From NCBI GenBank assembly GCA_026707325.1, contig JAPOXA010000082.1, forward strand, positions 14,026-78,025: 64,000 bases of DNA, given 5' to 3'. The position numbers and the translations under genes were made by a program. Shown here in pieces: positions 8,793 to 20,111 of this stretch. This DNA comes from Acidobacteriota bacterium. Its GTDB lineage: Bacteria > Acidobacteriota > Thermoanaerobaculia > Multivoradales > Multivoraceae. The notes beneath the pieces are model-generated. The model was not told where the DNA came from. It ran no database searches and saw only the letters and a list, made by a program, of their open reading frames with translations. The stretch's first letter is position 1. Each line of letters starts with the position of its first letter.

Positions 8793-9884
8793 ATGGCGAG
8801 GAGGCGGACCTTGGAATCGATCGACATCCATCCCCGGGCGCTGCGCGAGGCAGCCACGATGATCCTCGAAGCCGGCGGCAGCGGGCCCGCCGAGGCCCGC
8901 ATCGTCGCCGACCACCTGGTGCTGGCGAATCTATCGGGGCACGACAGCCACGGCGTCGGCATGCTTCCCGCCTATGAACGGAGCCTCGGCAACGGGACGC
9001 TGAAGCCCAATCAGAACGTCGAGTTGGTCCAGGACGATGGAACGATCATGATGTTCGATGGCGGCATGGGCTACGGCCAGGTGGTCGGCCGCCAGGCAAC
9101 GGCGGCGGCGATCGAGCGCTGCCGGAACATCGGCGTGGTCCTGGCGCCGGTCCGTTTCTGCCACCACCTGGGCCGGATCGGCACCTACGGCGAGCAGGCG
9201 GCGAACGCCGGCCTCGCTTCGCTCCACTTCGTCAACGTGGTCGGCCACCAGGCCCTGGTCGCGCCCTACCGGGGCACCGATGCCCGCTACTCGACGAACC
9301 CGATCTGCCTGTCGCTGCCCGGCAGCGAGGCACAGCCGCCGATCCTCCTCGACATGGCGACCAGCCGGATCGCCCACGGCAAGGCGCGGGTGGCGCACAA
9401 CAAGGGCGAGCAGACGCCCGAAGGCTCCCTGATCGATCACCGCGGCCGCAAGACCCGCGACCCGGGCGTCCTGTTCAAGCAGCCTGTCGGCGCACTCACT
9501 TCCTTCGGCGACCACAAGGGCTACGGCCTGGCCGTGTTCTGCGAGCTTCTCGGCGGCATGATGAGCGGCGGCCGCACCGCCCAGCCCCAGCACGAGGTGG
9601 AGGGCACGATCTGCAACAACATGTTCATGATCGTGTTCGACCCCGAGCGGCTGATCGCCAAGTCGGCGATGGAGCATGAGCTCGCTGCCCTGGTCGCCCA
9701 CGTCAAGGCGTCGCCCGCGGCCGATCCGGCCGAACCGGTGCTGGTGCCTGGCGACCCGGAGCGGGCCAGCCGGATCGAACGTGCCGAAGCGATTCCGGTG
9801 GACGTCGAATCCTGGCGCCAGATCGTCGCCGCCGGCGAACGGCTGGGCGTGAACGCCGCCGAGCTGGAGGCGCTAGCTGCCTAG
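8793..9884 (+). CDS. Ldh_2 family (malate/L-lactate/ureidoglycolate-type) NAD(P)H-dependent oxidoreductase
   Basis: The ATG at 8793 gives 363 aa. Family-typical blocks are SGHDSHGVGMLP and GDHKGYGLAV. It is divergent from the DUF1080 gene, so the track start at 8706 would overlap that gene's 5' end. Confidence 0.8.
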   Translation: MARRRTLESIDIHPRALREAATMILEAGGSGPAEARIVADHLVLANLSGHDSHGVGMLPAYERSLGNGTLKPNQNVELVQDDGTIMMFDGGMGYGQVVGRQATAAAIERCRNIGVVLAPVRFCHHLGRIGTYGEQAANAGLASLHFVNVVGHQALVAPYRGTDARYSTNPICLSLPGSEAQPPILLDMATSRIAHGKARVAHNKGEQTPEGSLIDHRGRKTRDPGVLFKQPVGALTSFGDHKGYGLAVFCELLGGMMSGGRTAQPQHEVEGTICNNMFMIVFDPERLIAKSAMEHELAALVAHVKASPAADPAEPVLVPGDPERASRIERAEAIPVDVESWRQIVAAGERLGVNAAELEALAA

Positions 9885-10924
9885 CGCTCCGCCTCGCCGA
9901 AGAAGCCCCACAGCAGCTCGCCGCCGAAGTTGCCGGCGTCGTCCCGCGGCCAGACGTGTCCGCCGTTCCAGGAGCAACTGCGGACGGCACGCTCGCCGGC
10001 GCAGCCGGGGTGCTCGACGCAGCTCAACTCCCGCCGACCGTCCCAGGGAGTCTCGACCGCGACCGGTTCGGCTGAGCAGGACTGCGCCTGAGCCCACTCC
10101 TCCGCTACCCCTTCCTGCGACGTGTAGATGTAGCCGTCGCTGGCGTGCGAACCGTCGATGGGGACGGTGCGATCGCTCGTGCCGCCGACCAGCAGCATCG
10201 AGGGGCCGGGTGCTTCAGCCGCGCAGTTGAAGCCCCGCGCCAGGTAGCCGTGCATCGGAGCAACCGCGGCCAAACGGTCGCCGAGGGCGCAGCCAAGCCG
10301 GTGAACGAACATGCCGCCGTTGCTGTAGCCGGAGGCGAAGACGCGGTCCGTGTCGATGCAGAGCTCCGCCGACAGGTGGTCGATCAGGGCGGCGATGTAG
10401 CCCACGTCGTCATGGCAGGAGCACCAGTTGCACCGCCCGCAGGTTCCGCACTCGGGCGGGCAGGGGTACGGATCCGCGTCCTCACGGCAGGCGGGCGCTT
10501 CCGGCTGGAGCGGAGCGCTGCAGGCGAGATCGTTCCAGGACGTGATCGTGGCGTTCCGGCTCTGGCCCGGCGGACCCGTGGAGGCCTCGAACGACGTGCC
10601 CTGCGGAAACACGAGCACGAAGCCCTCGCGGTCGGAGAGATCCGAGAGACCGGTCCAGCCGTCGCTGTGCCGGGCACTGCCGGTGTAGCCGTGGACGTGC
10701 AGCCAGAGCGGCGCCGGCGAAGTGCCGTCGTAGCGGACGGGCAGGTGGAGGCGGTAGCTCCGGATCAGGCCGCCGTGGGCAAGCTCCAGGTCGCCGCTGG
10801 TTCCGGGCTCGACCGATACGTTGCCGGCGCCGGACGAACAGCCCGGGCTGTCCGCGGCGGCGAGCGGGCCTGCGACGGCTAGCAGCGCCGCCGCCGCGAG
10901 AAAGGACAGTCGCAGTGGGAGCAT
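9881..10924 (-). CDS. Secreted alpha/beta hydrolase, polyhydroxybutyrate-depolymerase/LpqC-like esterase with Cys-rich insert
   Basis: It has a signal peptide, a HVHGYTGS block and the nucleophile elbow GYSNGG. The insert CSAPLQPEAPACREDADPYPCPPECGTCGRCNWCSC precedes the conserved DDVGY. Confidence 0.65.
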   Translation of the reverse strand: MLPLRLSFLAAAALLAVAGPLAAADSPGCSSGAGNVSVEPGTSGDLELAHGGLIRSYRLHLPVRYDGTSPAPLWLHVHGYTGSARHSDGWTGLSDLSDREGFVLVFPQGTSFEASTGPPGQSRNATITSWNDLACSAPLQPEAPACREDADPYPCPPECGTCGRCNWCSCHDDVGYIAALIDHLSAELCIDTDRVFASGYSNGGMFVHRLGCALGDRLAAVAPMHGYLARGFNCAAEAPGPSMLLVGGTSDRTVPIDGSHASDGYIYTSQEGVAEEWAQAQSCSAEPVAVETPWDGRRELSCVEHPGCAGERAVRSCSWNGGHVWPRDDAGNFGGELLWGFFGEAER

Positions 10925-10948
10925 TCGCCGGCATCGTAGCGCGGCTGG

Positions 10949-11734
10949 CTAGCCGGGCAGCACCTGGAAGTGGCCGTCCCGCTCCACCAACTGCACGCCG
11001 ACGTCGAACAGGTCGGACAGCGTCGCGCTCGTCAGGACCTGGTCCTTCGGTCCGTCGGCGAACACTCCGCCGCCCTTCAGCAGCACGATCCGCTCGACTT
11101 CTGGCGGGATCTGATCGACATGGTGGGTGACGATGATCAGCGTCGTGCCAGCCGACACCAGGGCCCGCAGCCGCTCCATCAGCCCGAACGCGGCTCGCAG
11201 ATCCAGGCCGGTCGCCGGCTCGTCAAGCAGCAGGGTGTGCGGCTCGTGAACCAGGGCCCGAGCCAACAGCAGGCGACGCTGCTCACCCGAGGACAGTGTG
11301 TCGAAGCGACGCTCCAGCAGGTCGCCCGCGCCCTGGCTGGCCGCCGCCGCCGTAGCCCGGCGCCGCTGCGCGTCCGTCAGGCCCTGGTGCCGGTAGACGC
11401 CGACGCTGGCGAAGAAGCCCGAGCAAACCACATCCCTGCCCTTGAGCCAGCCGTGATGCGTCACCTGCAGGTCGTGCGACACGACACCGAGTTGCCGGCG
11501 GACATCGAACACGTTCCATCGATCCCGGCCCAGCAACCGCATCCGGACGCCGGGTCCCCGAACCGGAAAGAACTCGCCGTTCAGCATCCGCAGCAGGGTG
11601 GATTTGCCGGCGCCGTTCGGACCGAGGACGGCCGTGTTCTCTCCGCGCGGGATCGAAAGCGTCACGCCGTCGAGCGCCCGGCGGCCGCCGCGCAGAACAG
11701 TGACGCCGACGAGTTCAAGCAGCGGTTCGTTCAA
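10949..11734 (-). CDS. ABC transporter ATP-binding protein (orphan, ModF/YlmA-like)
   Basis: Walker A is GPNGAGKST, the signature is LSSGEQRR and Walker B is LLLDEP. There is no adjacent permease. The start codon at 11734 is TTG and has no clear SD. Confidence 0.8.
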   Translation of the reverse strand: MNEPLLELVGVTVLRGGRRALDGVTLSIPRGENTAVLGPNGAGKSTLLRMLNGEFFPVRGPGVRMRLLGRDRWNVFDVRRQLGVVSHDLQVTHHGWLKGRDVVCSGFFASVGVYRHQGLTDAQRRRATAAAASQGAGDLLERRFDTLSSGEQRRLLLARALVHEPHTLLLDEPATGLDLRAAFGLMERLRALVSAGTTLIIVTHHVDQIPPEVERIVLLKGGGVFADGPKDQVLTSATLSDLFDVGVQLVERDGHFQVLPG

Positions 11735-11774
11735 AGCGGTCGTCGTGCCCGCTGCGGCAGGACGGGAGATGCCG

Positions 11775-12614
11775 TCACCGCCCCTGGAACCGCGGCGGCC
11801 GCTTCTCGAGGAACGCCTTCCGGCCCTCGACGTAGTCCTCGGAGCGGAAGCAGGCCTCGACGAGTTGTTTCACGCGGTCCAGGTCGCGGCGTTCCGGGTC
11901 CTTCGTGGCTTCCTTGATCGCGCGCTTGGCGGCCCGGAGCGTCAACGGGGCGTTCGCAGCCATTCTTCCCGCCAGGTCGCGGACGGCGCCCTCCAGTTCA
12001 TCGACGGTCGTGACCCGGTCGATGAGCCCCATGTGGTGCGCCTCGGCGGCCGTGAACCGGCGCGCCGTAAGCAGGATCTCGCTCGTGCGGGACGGTCCGA
12101 CGAGATCGACCAGCACCTTGATCCCGGCAAAGCCGTAGCCCACGCCCAGGCGGCCGGCCGGGATCCCGAACAAGGAGTCTTCGGAGGCGATGCGCAGGTC
12201 CGCGTTGAGCGCCGTGGCCAGACCGCCGCCAAGGCAGTAGCCGCGGATCATCGCGATCAGCGGCTTCTCCAGCGCGGCGAACGCCCGGCCGGTGTCGCGG
12301 CCGGCCTGGTCGTAGCGCTTTCGCGCCTCGACGGTCGTCCGCAGCTTCTCGAACTCGGAGATGTCGGCGCCGGATACGAAGGCCCGGTCGCCCGCTCCAC
12401 GCAGCACGACGACCCGAACCGCGGCGTCCTCCTGAAACCGGCGCAGCGCCATCGCCGAGCCGATCTGCATCTCGAACGAGAGGGCGTTTCGCCGCTCCGG
12501 GTTGTTGTACGTCAGCCAGCCGACGCCGTCCTCGATCTCGGCGACTATCTTCGTCGTCGGCAGTTCGACAACCGTCGGTTCGGAGGCCGTGGTCGCTCTC
12601 GTCGCCGAAGTCAC
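11775..12614 (-). CDS. Enoyl-CoA hydratase/isomerase (crotonase) family protein
   Basis: Family blocks are VVVLRGAGDRAFVSGADI and GYCLGGGLATAL. The start is GTG at 12614, with GGAGGG 7 nt upstream. This avoids overlap with the upstream CoA-transferase stop (12652). The track ORF extends artefactually to 12944. Confidence 0.85.
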   Translation of the reverse strand: MTSATRATTASEPTVVELPTTKIVAEIEDGVGWLTYNNPERRNALSFEMQIGSAMALRRFQEDAAVRVVVLRGAGDRAFVSGADISEFEKLRTTVEARKRYDQAGRDTGRAFAALEKPLIAMIRGYCLGGGLATALNADLRIASEDSLFGIPAGRLGVGYGFAGIKVLVDLVGPSRTSEILLTARRFTAAEAHHMGLIDRVTTVDELEGAVRDLAGRMAANAPLTLRAAKRAIKEATKDPERRDLDRVKQLVEACFRSEDYVEGRKAFLEKRPPRFQGR

Positions 12615-12651
12615 GCAGGCGCCCTCCAGGGCAAGCCGTCGCCTTGCACCA

Positions 12652-13830
12652 TCACGCGACCACTCCTCCGGCCCGAAGTTCACCGATCTCCCCGGCGGTG
12701 AGTCCAGCCTCGGCGAGGATCTCGTCGCTGTGCTCGCCAGGACCGGGCGCCCGGCACCGCAGCTCGAAGGGCGTTCGGCGCAGCCGGACCGGTTGGCCGA
12801 CGAGACGCACATCTCCGAGTTCGGAGTGCTCAAGCGGCACCGCGATCCCGCAGTGCTCGACCTGCGGGTCGGCGAAGGTCTGTCCCACGTCGTAGACCGG
12901 GCCGCACGGCAGACCGGCTTCGTTGAGCAGCGCGACGATCTCATCCACCTCGAAGCGCCGCGTCAACTCCGCGACCTCCTCCTCGAGCCGGGCACGGTTG
13001 GCGACTCGTCCGGCCGAGTTCCGGTACTCCGGACGCTCAAGAAGCTCCTCGCCGCCGAGCGCCTGGCACATCGCCCGAAAGTGCTTGCCGCTGGTGGCCG
13101 CGATGTTGACCCAGCCGTCGGCGGCCGGGAACGTCCCCATCGGCGAGATCGTCGGGTGGTGGTTGCCCTGCTGGCCGGGAACCTCACCCTCGACGAGGTA
13201 GCGGGCGGCCTGGAAGTCGAGCATGCCGATCATCGCCTTGAGCAGTGACGTGCTCACCCACTGCCCTTCGCCCGACCGTTCGCGCTCGCGGAGGGCCGCC
13301 ATGATGCCGAAGGCGAGGTAGAGCCCGGCCGCCAGGTCGGAGATCGCCGTGCCGACCCGGACAGGACCCTGGCCCGGCAGGCCGGTCACCGACATCAACC
13401 CGCCCAGGCCCTGGGCGATCTGGTCGACGCCGCCCCGTTCCCGGTATGGCCCGGTCTGGCCGAAGCCGGACACGCTGGCGTAGACGATGCGCGGGTTGAC
13501 CGCCCGCACCGTCTCGTAGTCGAAACCGAGGCGGTGCTTCACGTCGGAGCGGTAGTTCTCGACCAGTACGTCCGCGTCCCGGGCCAGACGCAGCAGCACC
13601 TCGCGGCCTTCGTCCTTCTTCAGGTCCAGCGTCAGGCAGCGCTTGTTGCGGTGGAGGTTCTGGTAGTCGTGGCCGAGCCGCCGGGAGATGCCGATCTCCT
13701 TGCCGGGCGCCGGCGGACGCTCGATCCGCACGACGTCGGCGCCCCAGTCCGCGAGCTGCCGCACCGCGGTCGGCCCGGCGCGGGCGATCGTCAGGTCGAG
13801 GACCCGGAGGTCCGCCAGGGGAAGTGACAT
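12652..13830 (-). CDS. Family III CoA-transferase (CaiB/BaiF-like)
   Basis: The N-terminus LRVLDLTIARAGPTAVRQLADWGADVVRIE and the 392-aa length are typical of the family. Confidence 0.85.
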   Translation of the reverse strand: MSLPLADLRVLDLTIARAGPTAVRQLADWGADVVRIERPPAPGKEIGISRRLGHDYQNLHRNKRCLTLDLKKDEGREVLLRLARDADVLVENYRSDVKHRLGFDYETVRAVNPRIVYASVSGFGQTGPYRERGGVDQIAQGLGGLMSVTGLPGQGPVRVGTAISDLAAGLYLAFGIMAALRERERSGEGQWVSTSLLKAMIGMLDFQAARYLVEGEVPGQQGNHHPTISPMGTFPAADGWVNIAATSGKHFRAMCQALGGEELLERPEYRNSAGRVANRARLEEEVAELTRRFEVDEIVALLNEAGLPCGPVYDVGQTFADPQVEHCGIAVPLEHSELGDVRLVGQPVRLRRTPFELRCRAPGPGEHSDEILAEAGLTAGEIGELRAGGVVA

Positions 13831-13839
13831 CGCGAGGGC

Positions 13840-14571
13840 TCAGACTTCGGGCACCGCCCCGGCCGGCGTCGGCTCGGGAGGCGTCTCGAGTTCCTTGAAG
13901 ATCCAACCAAGCGCCGCCTCGACCTGAGGCTTCGCCCCTTCCTCCACCACATCGCCGTGGCACGGAATCAGACGGTCGAACGGGCACTGCAACAGGCGCA
14001 GACAGCTCGCCGCACAGGCCGCGCGGTCGCGGATGGAGAGCCGGATGATTCGGCTCATCGCGACCCGACGGCTGACTCCGGTGAGACGAAAGTAGAGGGA
14101 CGCAAGCCAGCCCAGGTCCTGCTGCAGGTTGAACAGCAGGTCGGCCACGAGCAACGTCCCGCTCGGGCGGTGGCAGAAGGCGACCTCGTTGAAGGAGGGC
14201 ATCCCGTCGATGGGAATCGGCTGCAATTCCGCGCCCCACGCGGAGGCAACGCCCAACGTTCCCGTAAACGCAATGTCTTTGCGCTTCTCCGCCAAACCGG
14301 GAGCGCCAAGAACATCAGCCTCCGGAAAGCGCGCCGTGGCCGCGGGCAGATGAAGGTGGTGGAAGCGGTTCGGCGCAACCAGGTATCGGACCGGGCCGAG
14401 GCTCTGAATCTCCTCCGCCATCCGGTCGTCGATCGGCCCCGGCGAGTACAACCACAGCTCCCCGTCGCCCAGGCGAACAACCGTCATGCGGGCGGGCACC
14501 GTGAAGCCCATGGGGATCTTCTGGTCGTGGTCGGCGATCCAGAGATCCCGGCATATCTCCCTGAGCGCCAT
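13840..14571 (-). CDS. DUF4336 domain-containing protein
   Basis: Starting from MALREICRDLWIADHDQKIP (ATG 14571) gives 243 aa. The remainder of the 595-aa track ORF is antisense to hemB. Confidence 0.65.
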   Translation of the reverse strand: MALREICRDLWIADHDQKIPMGFTVPARMTVVRLGDGELWLYSPGPIDDRMAEEIQSLGPVRYLVAPNRFHHLHLPAATARFPEADVLGAPGLAEKRKDIAFTGTLGVASAWGAELQPIPIDGMPSFNEVAFCHRPSGTLLVADLLFNLQQDLGWLASLYFRLTGVSRRVAMSRIIRLSIRDRAACAASCLRLLQCPFDRLIPCHGDVVEEGAKPQVEAALGWIFKELETPPEPTPAGAVPEV

Positions 14572-14670
14572 GGCGGCAAGTATAGGTCCGGTCCCATGGA
14601 ACCGGCGGCGTCGAAGGGCGCGCCGGCGCACGCGGTCGCGGCCGGCTCCATGCGCGTAGAATCCCCGGCC

Positions 14671-15651
14671 ATGCGCCAGTTGCCCATCCGTCCCCGCCGC
14701 AACCGGCGCTCCGCGGCGATCCGCTCCCTGGTCCGCGAGACGGACCTCGGGCCGGACCGGCTGATCTATCCGCTCTTCGTCATGGAGGGCCGGGACGCGG
14801 CAGTCCCGATCGACTCGATGCCCGGGCAGGCACGGCTGACGATCGACCGCCTGGTCGCCGAGAGCCGAGCCGCGCACGGGCTCGGCGTGCCGGCCGTGGC
14901 GCTGTTCCCGGCAGTCGAGGACGACCTGAAGGACCGCACCGCCAGCGGCGCCCTCGACCCCGACGGTCTGGTCCAGCGCGCCGTGGGTGAACTCAAGTCG
15001 GCGTTGCCGGAGCTGCTCGTCATCACCGACGTGGCGATGGACCCGTACTCCAGCGACGGCCACGACGGACTGGTCGAGGACGGCGAGATCCTGAACGACC
15101 CGACGCTCGAGATCCTCGCCGCTACCGCGGTCTCCCAGGCGGACGCCGGCGCCGACGTCATCGCCCCCTCGGACATGATGGACGGCCGCGTGGGAGCGAT
15201 CCGCACCGCCCTCGACGCCGCCGGCCACGCCCAGGTCGGGATCCTGAGCTACACCTCGAAGTACGCCTCGAACTTCTACGGCCCGTTCCGCGACGCCCTG
15301 GACTCGGCGCCCCGCGCCGGCGACAAGAAGACGTACCAGATGGACCCGGCGAACGTCCGCGAGGCCGTGCGCGAAGCCCTCCTCGACGTCGAGGAGGGCG
15401 CCGACGTGGTCATGGTCAAGCCCGCCCTCGCCTACCTCGACGTGATCCGTGCCGTTCGGGAGGCGGTCGACCTGCCAGTCGCGGCCTACCAGGTGAGCGG
15501 CGAGTACGCGATGATCCAGGCGGTCGCCGCGAACGGCTGGATGGACGGCGACGCCCTGATGCTGGAGACGCTGACCTCGATTCGCCGCGCCGGAGCCGAC
15601 ATGATCCTGACCTACTTCGCACGCCACTGCGCGGAAGTCCTGAACCGGTGA
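14671..15651 (+). CDS. hemB: Porphobilinogen synthase (delta-aminolevulinate dehydratase), Asp-rich non-zinc type
   Basis: The N-terminus is MRQLPIRPRRNRRSAAIRSLVRET. The metal-site block is DVAMDPYSSDGHDG (Asp in place of Cys). Active-site Lys regions are VMVKPA and YQVSGEY. Length is 326 aa. Confidence 0.92.
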   Translation: MRQLPIRPRRNRRSAAIRSLVRETDLGPDRLIYPLFVMEGRDAAVPIDSMPGQARLTIDRLVAESRAAHGLGVPAVALFPAVEDDLKDRTASGALDPDGLVQRAVGELKSALPELLVITDVAMDPYSSDGHDGLVEDGEILNDPTLEILAATAVSQADAGADVIAPSDMMDGRVGAIRTALDAAGHAQVGILSYTSKYASNFYGPFRDALDSAPRAGDKKTYQMDPANVREAVREALLDVEEGADVVMVKPALAYLDVIRAVREAVDLPVAAYQVSGEYAMIQAVAANGWMDGDALMLETLTSIRRAGADMILTYFARHCAEVLNR

Positions 15652-17252
15652 AACGCGGCCTGTTCCCAGCGTGCCTCACCGCGCTCGGCGTGCCTCTCGT
15701 CCTGGGAGCCTGCGCCGCGGAACCGGATGCGCCGGCATCCTCGCCGGCTGCCGCGGCCGCGACGGAGCGACCGCCGAACATCGTCTTCTTCCTGGTCGAC
15801 GACATGGGATGGCGTGACGTCGGCGTCTTCGGCAGCACGTTCTACGAGACGCCCCACATCGACGCCCTCGCCGAGCAGGGCGTGCGCTTCACCAACGCGT
15901 ACGCGGCGACGCACGTCTGTTCGCCCACGCGGGCCTCGCTCCTGACGGGCAAGTACCCGGCAAGGCTCCGCCTGACGGACTGGTTGCCGGGCCGAAGGGA
16001 GCATGCCTTCGAACGGCTGTTGAGCGCCGAGAAGCTGGCGGCCCTGCCGCTGGAGGAAGTGACGCTCGCCGAAGCGCTCCAGGAACACGGCTACAGCACG
16101 GCGATCCTCGGCAAGTGGCACCTCGGCGGCGCCGAAGCAGGACCGCTCCACCAGGGCTTCGACGTGCAGGCGCCCGACTTCCCCGGCTCGACCCCGCGCG
16201 GCGGCTACTTCCCGCCGTACCTGATGGCGGGACTGGTCGTCGAAGGCGAGGAAGACGAGTACCTCACCGACCGCCTGACCGACTTCGCCGTCGAGTTCAT
16301 CGAACAGAGCCAGGACGGTCCCTTCTTCCTCTACCTGTCGCACTTCGCCGTGCACGACCCGATCGAGGGACGCCCGGACCTCGTCCTGAAGTACCGCGAG
16401 AAGGCGGCGCGAATGGAACCCCCCGCCGGGCCGGCCTTTCTCCTGGAAGGCAACCCCGACGATCCCGAACCGCTTTCGCGCGCGCAACTGAACGCTCTCC
16501 TGGAGCAGCCGTCGCATCAAGAGCACGGCGTACTACCCCAGGACACCGTCAAGATCAAGCAGCACCAGGACAACGTCGAGTTCGCGGCGATGGTCACCGC
16601 CATCGACGACAGCCTGGGGCGCGTGCAGAGCGCCCTCGACCGGCTGGGGCTGACCGAGAACACGATCGTCGTCTTCTACTCGGACAACGGAGGGATGGCA
16701 GCGGCCAATCTCGGCAATCCCGCGAGGAAGATACCCCCCGATCTGCTGGACGTCGCCTACTCCACGTCGAACCTGCCGCTGCGCGGCGCCAAGGGCTGGC
16801 TGTACGAGGGCGGGATCCGGGTTCCGCTCATCGTGCGCTGGCCGGGAGCGGGCCAGACCGGCGCGGTCCGCGACGAGCCGGTCATCAGCCCCGACTTCTA
16901 TCCCACGCTGCTGGAGATGGCCGGCCTGCCCGCCAGACCCGATCAGCACGTCGACGGCACGAGCTTCGCCGCGGCGCTCCAGGGCCAGGACTTCGAGCGC
17001 GGAGCGATCTACTGGCACTTTCCCCACTACAGCAATCACGGGATGCAGAGCCCGGGCGGCGCGGTCCGCGATGGCGCCTGGAAGCTGCTGGAGTACTTCG
17101 AGAACGGCACGGTGCAGCTCTTCGACCTGGAGAACGACCCGGGCGAGCAGCGCGATCTCGCCGCCGAGCAGTCCGCGAAAGCCGCTGAACTCCGTGACCG
17201 GCTCCACGCCTGGCGCGAGTCCGTGTCGGCGGCGATGCCGCGGAGTCGGTAG
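15648..17252 (+). CDS. Sulfatase (formylglycine-dependent, arylsulfatase A-like), lipoprotein
   Basis: The GTG start overlaps the hemB stop (GTGA). The lipobox is LVLGAC. Family blocks are LVDDMGW and CSPTRASLLTG (the C-x-P-x-R formylglycine motif). Confidence 0.88.
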   Translation: MKRGLFPACLTALGVPLVLGACAAEPDAPASSPAAAAATERPPNIVFFLVDDMGWRDVGVFGSTFYETPHIDALAEQGVRFTNAYAATHVCSPTRASLLTGKYPARLRLTDWLPGRREHAFERLLSAEKLAALPLEEVTLAEALQEHGYSTAILGKWHLGGAEAGPLHQGFDVQAPDFPGSTPRGGYFPPYLMAGLVVEGEEDEYLTDRLTDFAVEFIEQSQDGPFFLYLSHFAVHDPIEGRPDLVLKYREKAARMEPPAGPAFLLEGNPDDPEPLSRAQLNALLEQPSHQEHGVLPQDTVKIKQHQDNVEFAAMVTAIDDSLGRVQSALDRLGLTENTIVVFYSDNGGMAAANLGNPARKIPPDLLDVAYSTSNLPLRGAKGWLYEGGIRVPLIVRWPGAGQTGAVRDEPVISPDFYPTLLEMAGLPARPDQHVDGTSFAAALQGQDFERGAIYWHFPHYSNHGMQSPGGAVRDGAWKLLEYFENGTVQLFDLENDPGEQRDLAAEQSAKAAELRDRLHAWRESVSAAMPRSR

Positions 17253-17272
17253 GCCCTCCGGGAGGGTCGCCG

Positions 17273-17973
17273 CTAGCGGGCGGCGCGAAACAGGAACAGG
17301 TGCTGGGTCGGCAACGAGTCGATCCGTTCGACGAGTTCGTAGCCCGCCGGGATCCACTCCTTCATCACCTGATCGATCGACATCCGGTGATCGATCTTGA
17401 TGTGAGCCGCCGTGCGGCCCTCCAGCCGAAACTCCGCCAGGGCAATCACACCGTCGGGCGAAAGCGCCTCCCGCATCGCCTCGAGCATCGCCTCGGGCTC
17501 CGAGAACTCGTGGTACACGTCGACCAGCAGCATCAGATCGACCTCGCCCTCGGGCAGCTTCGGATCGTCCTCCGTGCCCAGCACCGTCGACACGTTCGTG
17601 ACGCCCTCGCGCCGGGCGAGTTCCTCCGCGATCCGCAACATCTGCGGCTGAATGTCGTTGCACAGCACGCTGCCTTCCGGGCCGACCACCGCGGCCATGC
17701 GGCGGGCGTAGTAGCCCGAGCCGCAACCGATGTCGACGACCAGCATCCCTTCCTCGATCGGCAGAGCGGCCATCAGCGCGTCGGGGTTCTCCTCCTGGAT
17801 GCGCGAGGCGCGCTCCAGCCAGCCGGCGCCCCGGAAGGACATCACGTCGGCGATCTTCCGGCCCTTGTAGACACCCGGGTCGTCGGCGGTCTGAGCCGCC
17901 GCCGGGGCGAACCCGAACGCCAGCGCGGCCACCACCGCCGCGGCGACGGCCGCAGGCCTCCCGAAGGGTCGGT

Positions 17974-18001
<28 letters not shown>
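17273..18001 (-). CDS. Class I SAM-dependent methyltransferase with N-terminal signal/anchor sequence
   Basis: Motif I is VVDIGCGSGYY. The N-terminus MARTLVRTVNRPFGRPAAVAAAVVAALAFGFAPAAAQ is hydrophobic. An alternative start is GTG at 17977, which forms a GTGA overlap with the S9 peptidase stop. Confidence 0.75.
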
Positions 18002-20043
<2,042 letters not shown>

Positions 20044-20111
20044 GGTTGGAGCGGACGCTATCGCACGGATCCGCGGCAGGCGGGTGCTAGAGTTCCCTGC
20101 GGTAAGGCATC

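Noticed and set aside
14572-14670. TATACT (minus strand) and TAGAAT (plus strand) -10-like boxes located 7-8 nt from the DUF4336 and hemB start codons, suggesting leaderless transcripts.
   Set aside because: No acceptable -35 elements lie at proper spacing. The hexamers alone are too weak as evidence. This is mentioned only as a possibility.
15648-17252. Sulfatase lacking an adjacent formylglycine-generating enzyme or anaerobic sulfatase maturase.
   Set aside because: Maturase genes are frequently unlinked from sulfatase genes, so absence from a 64-kb window is uninformative.
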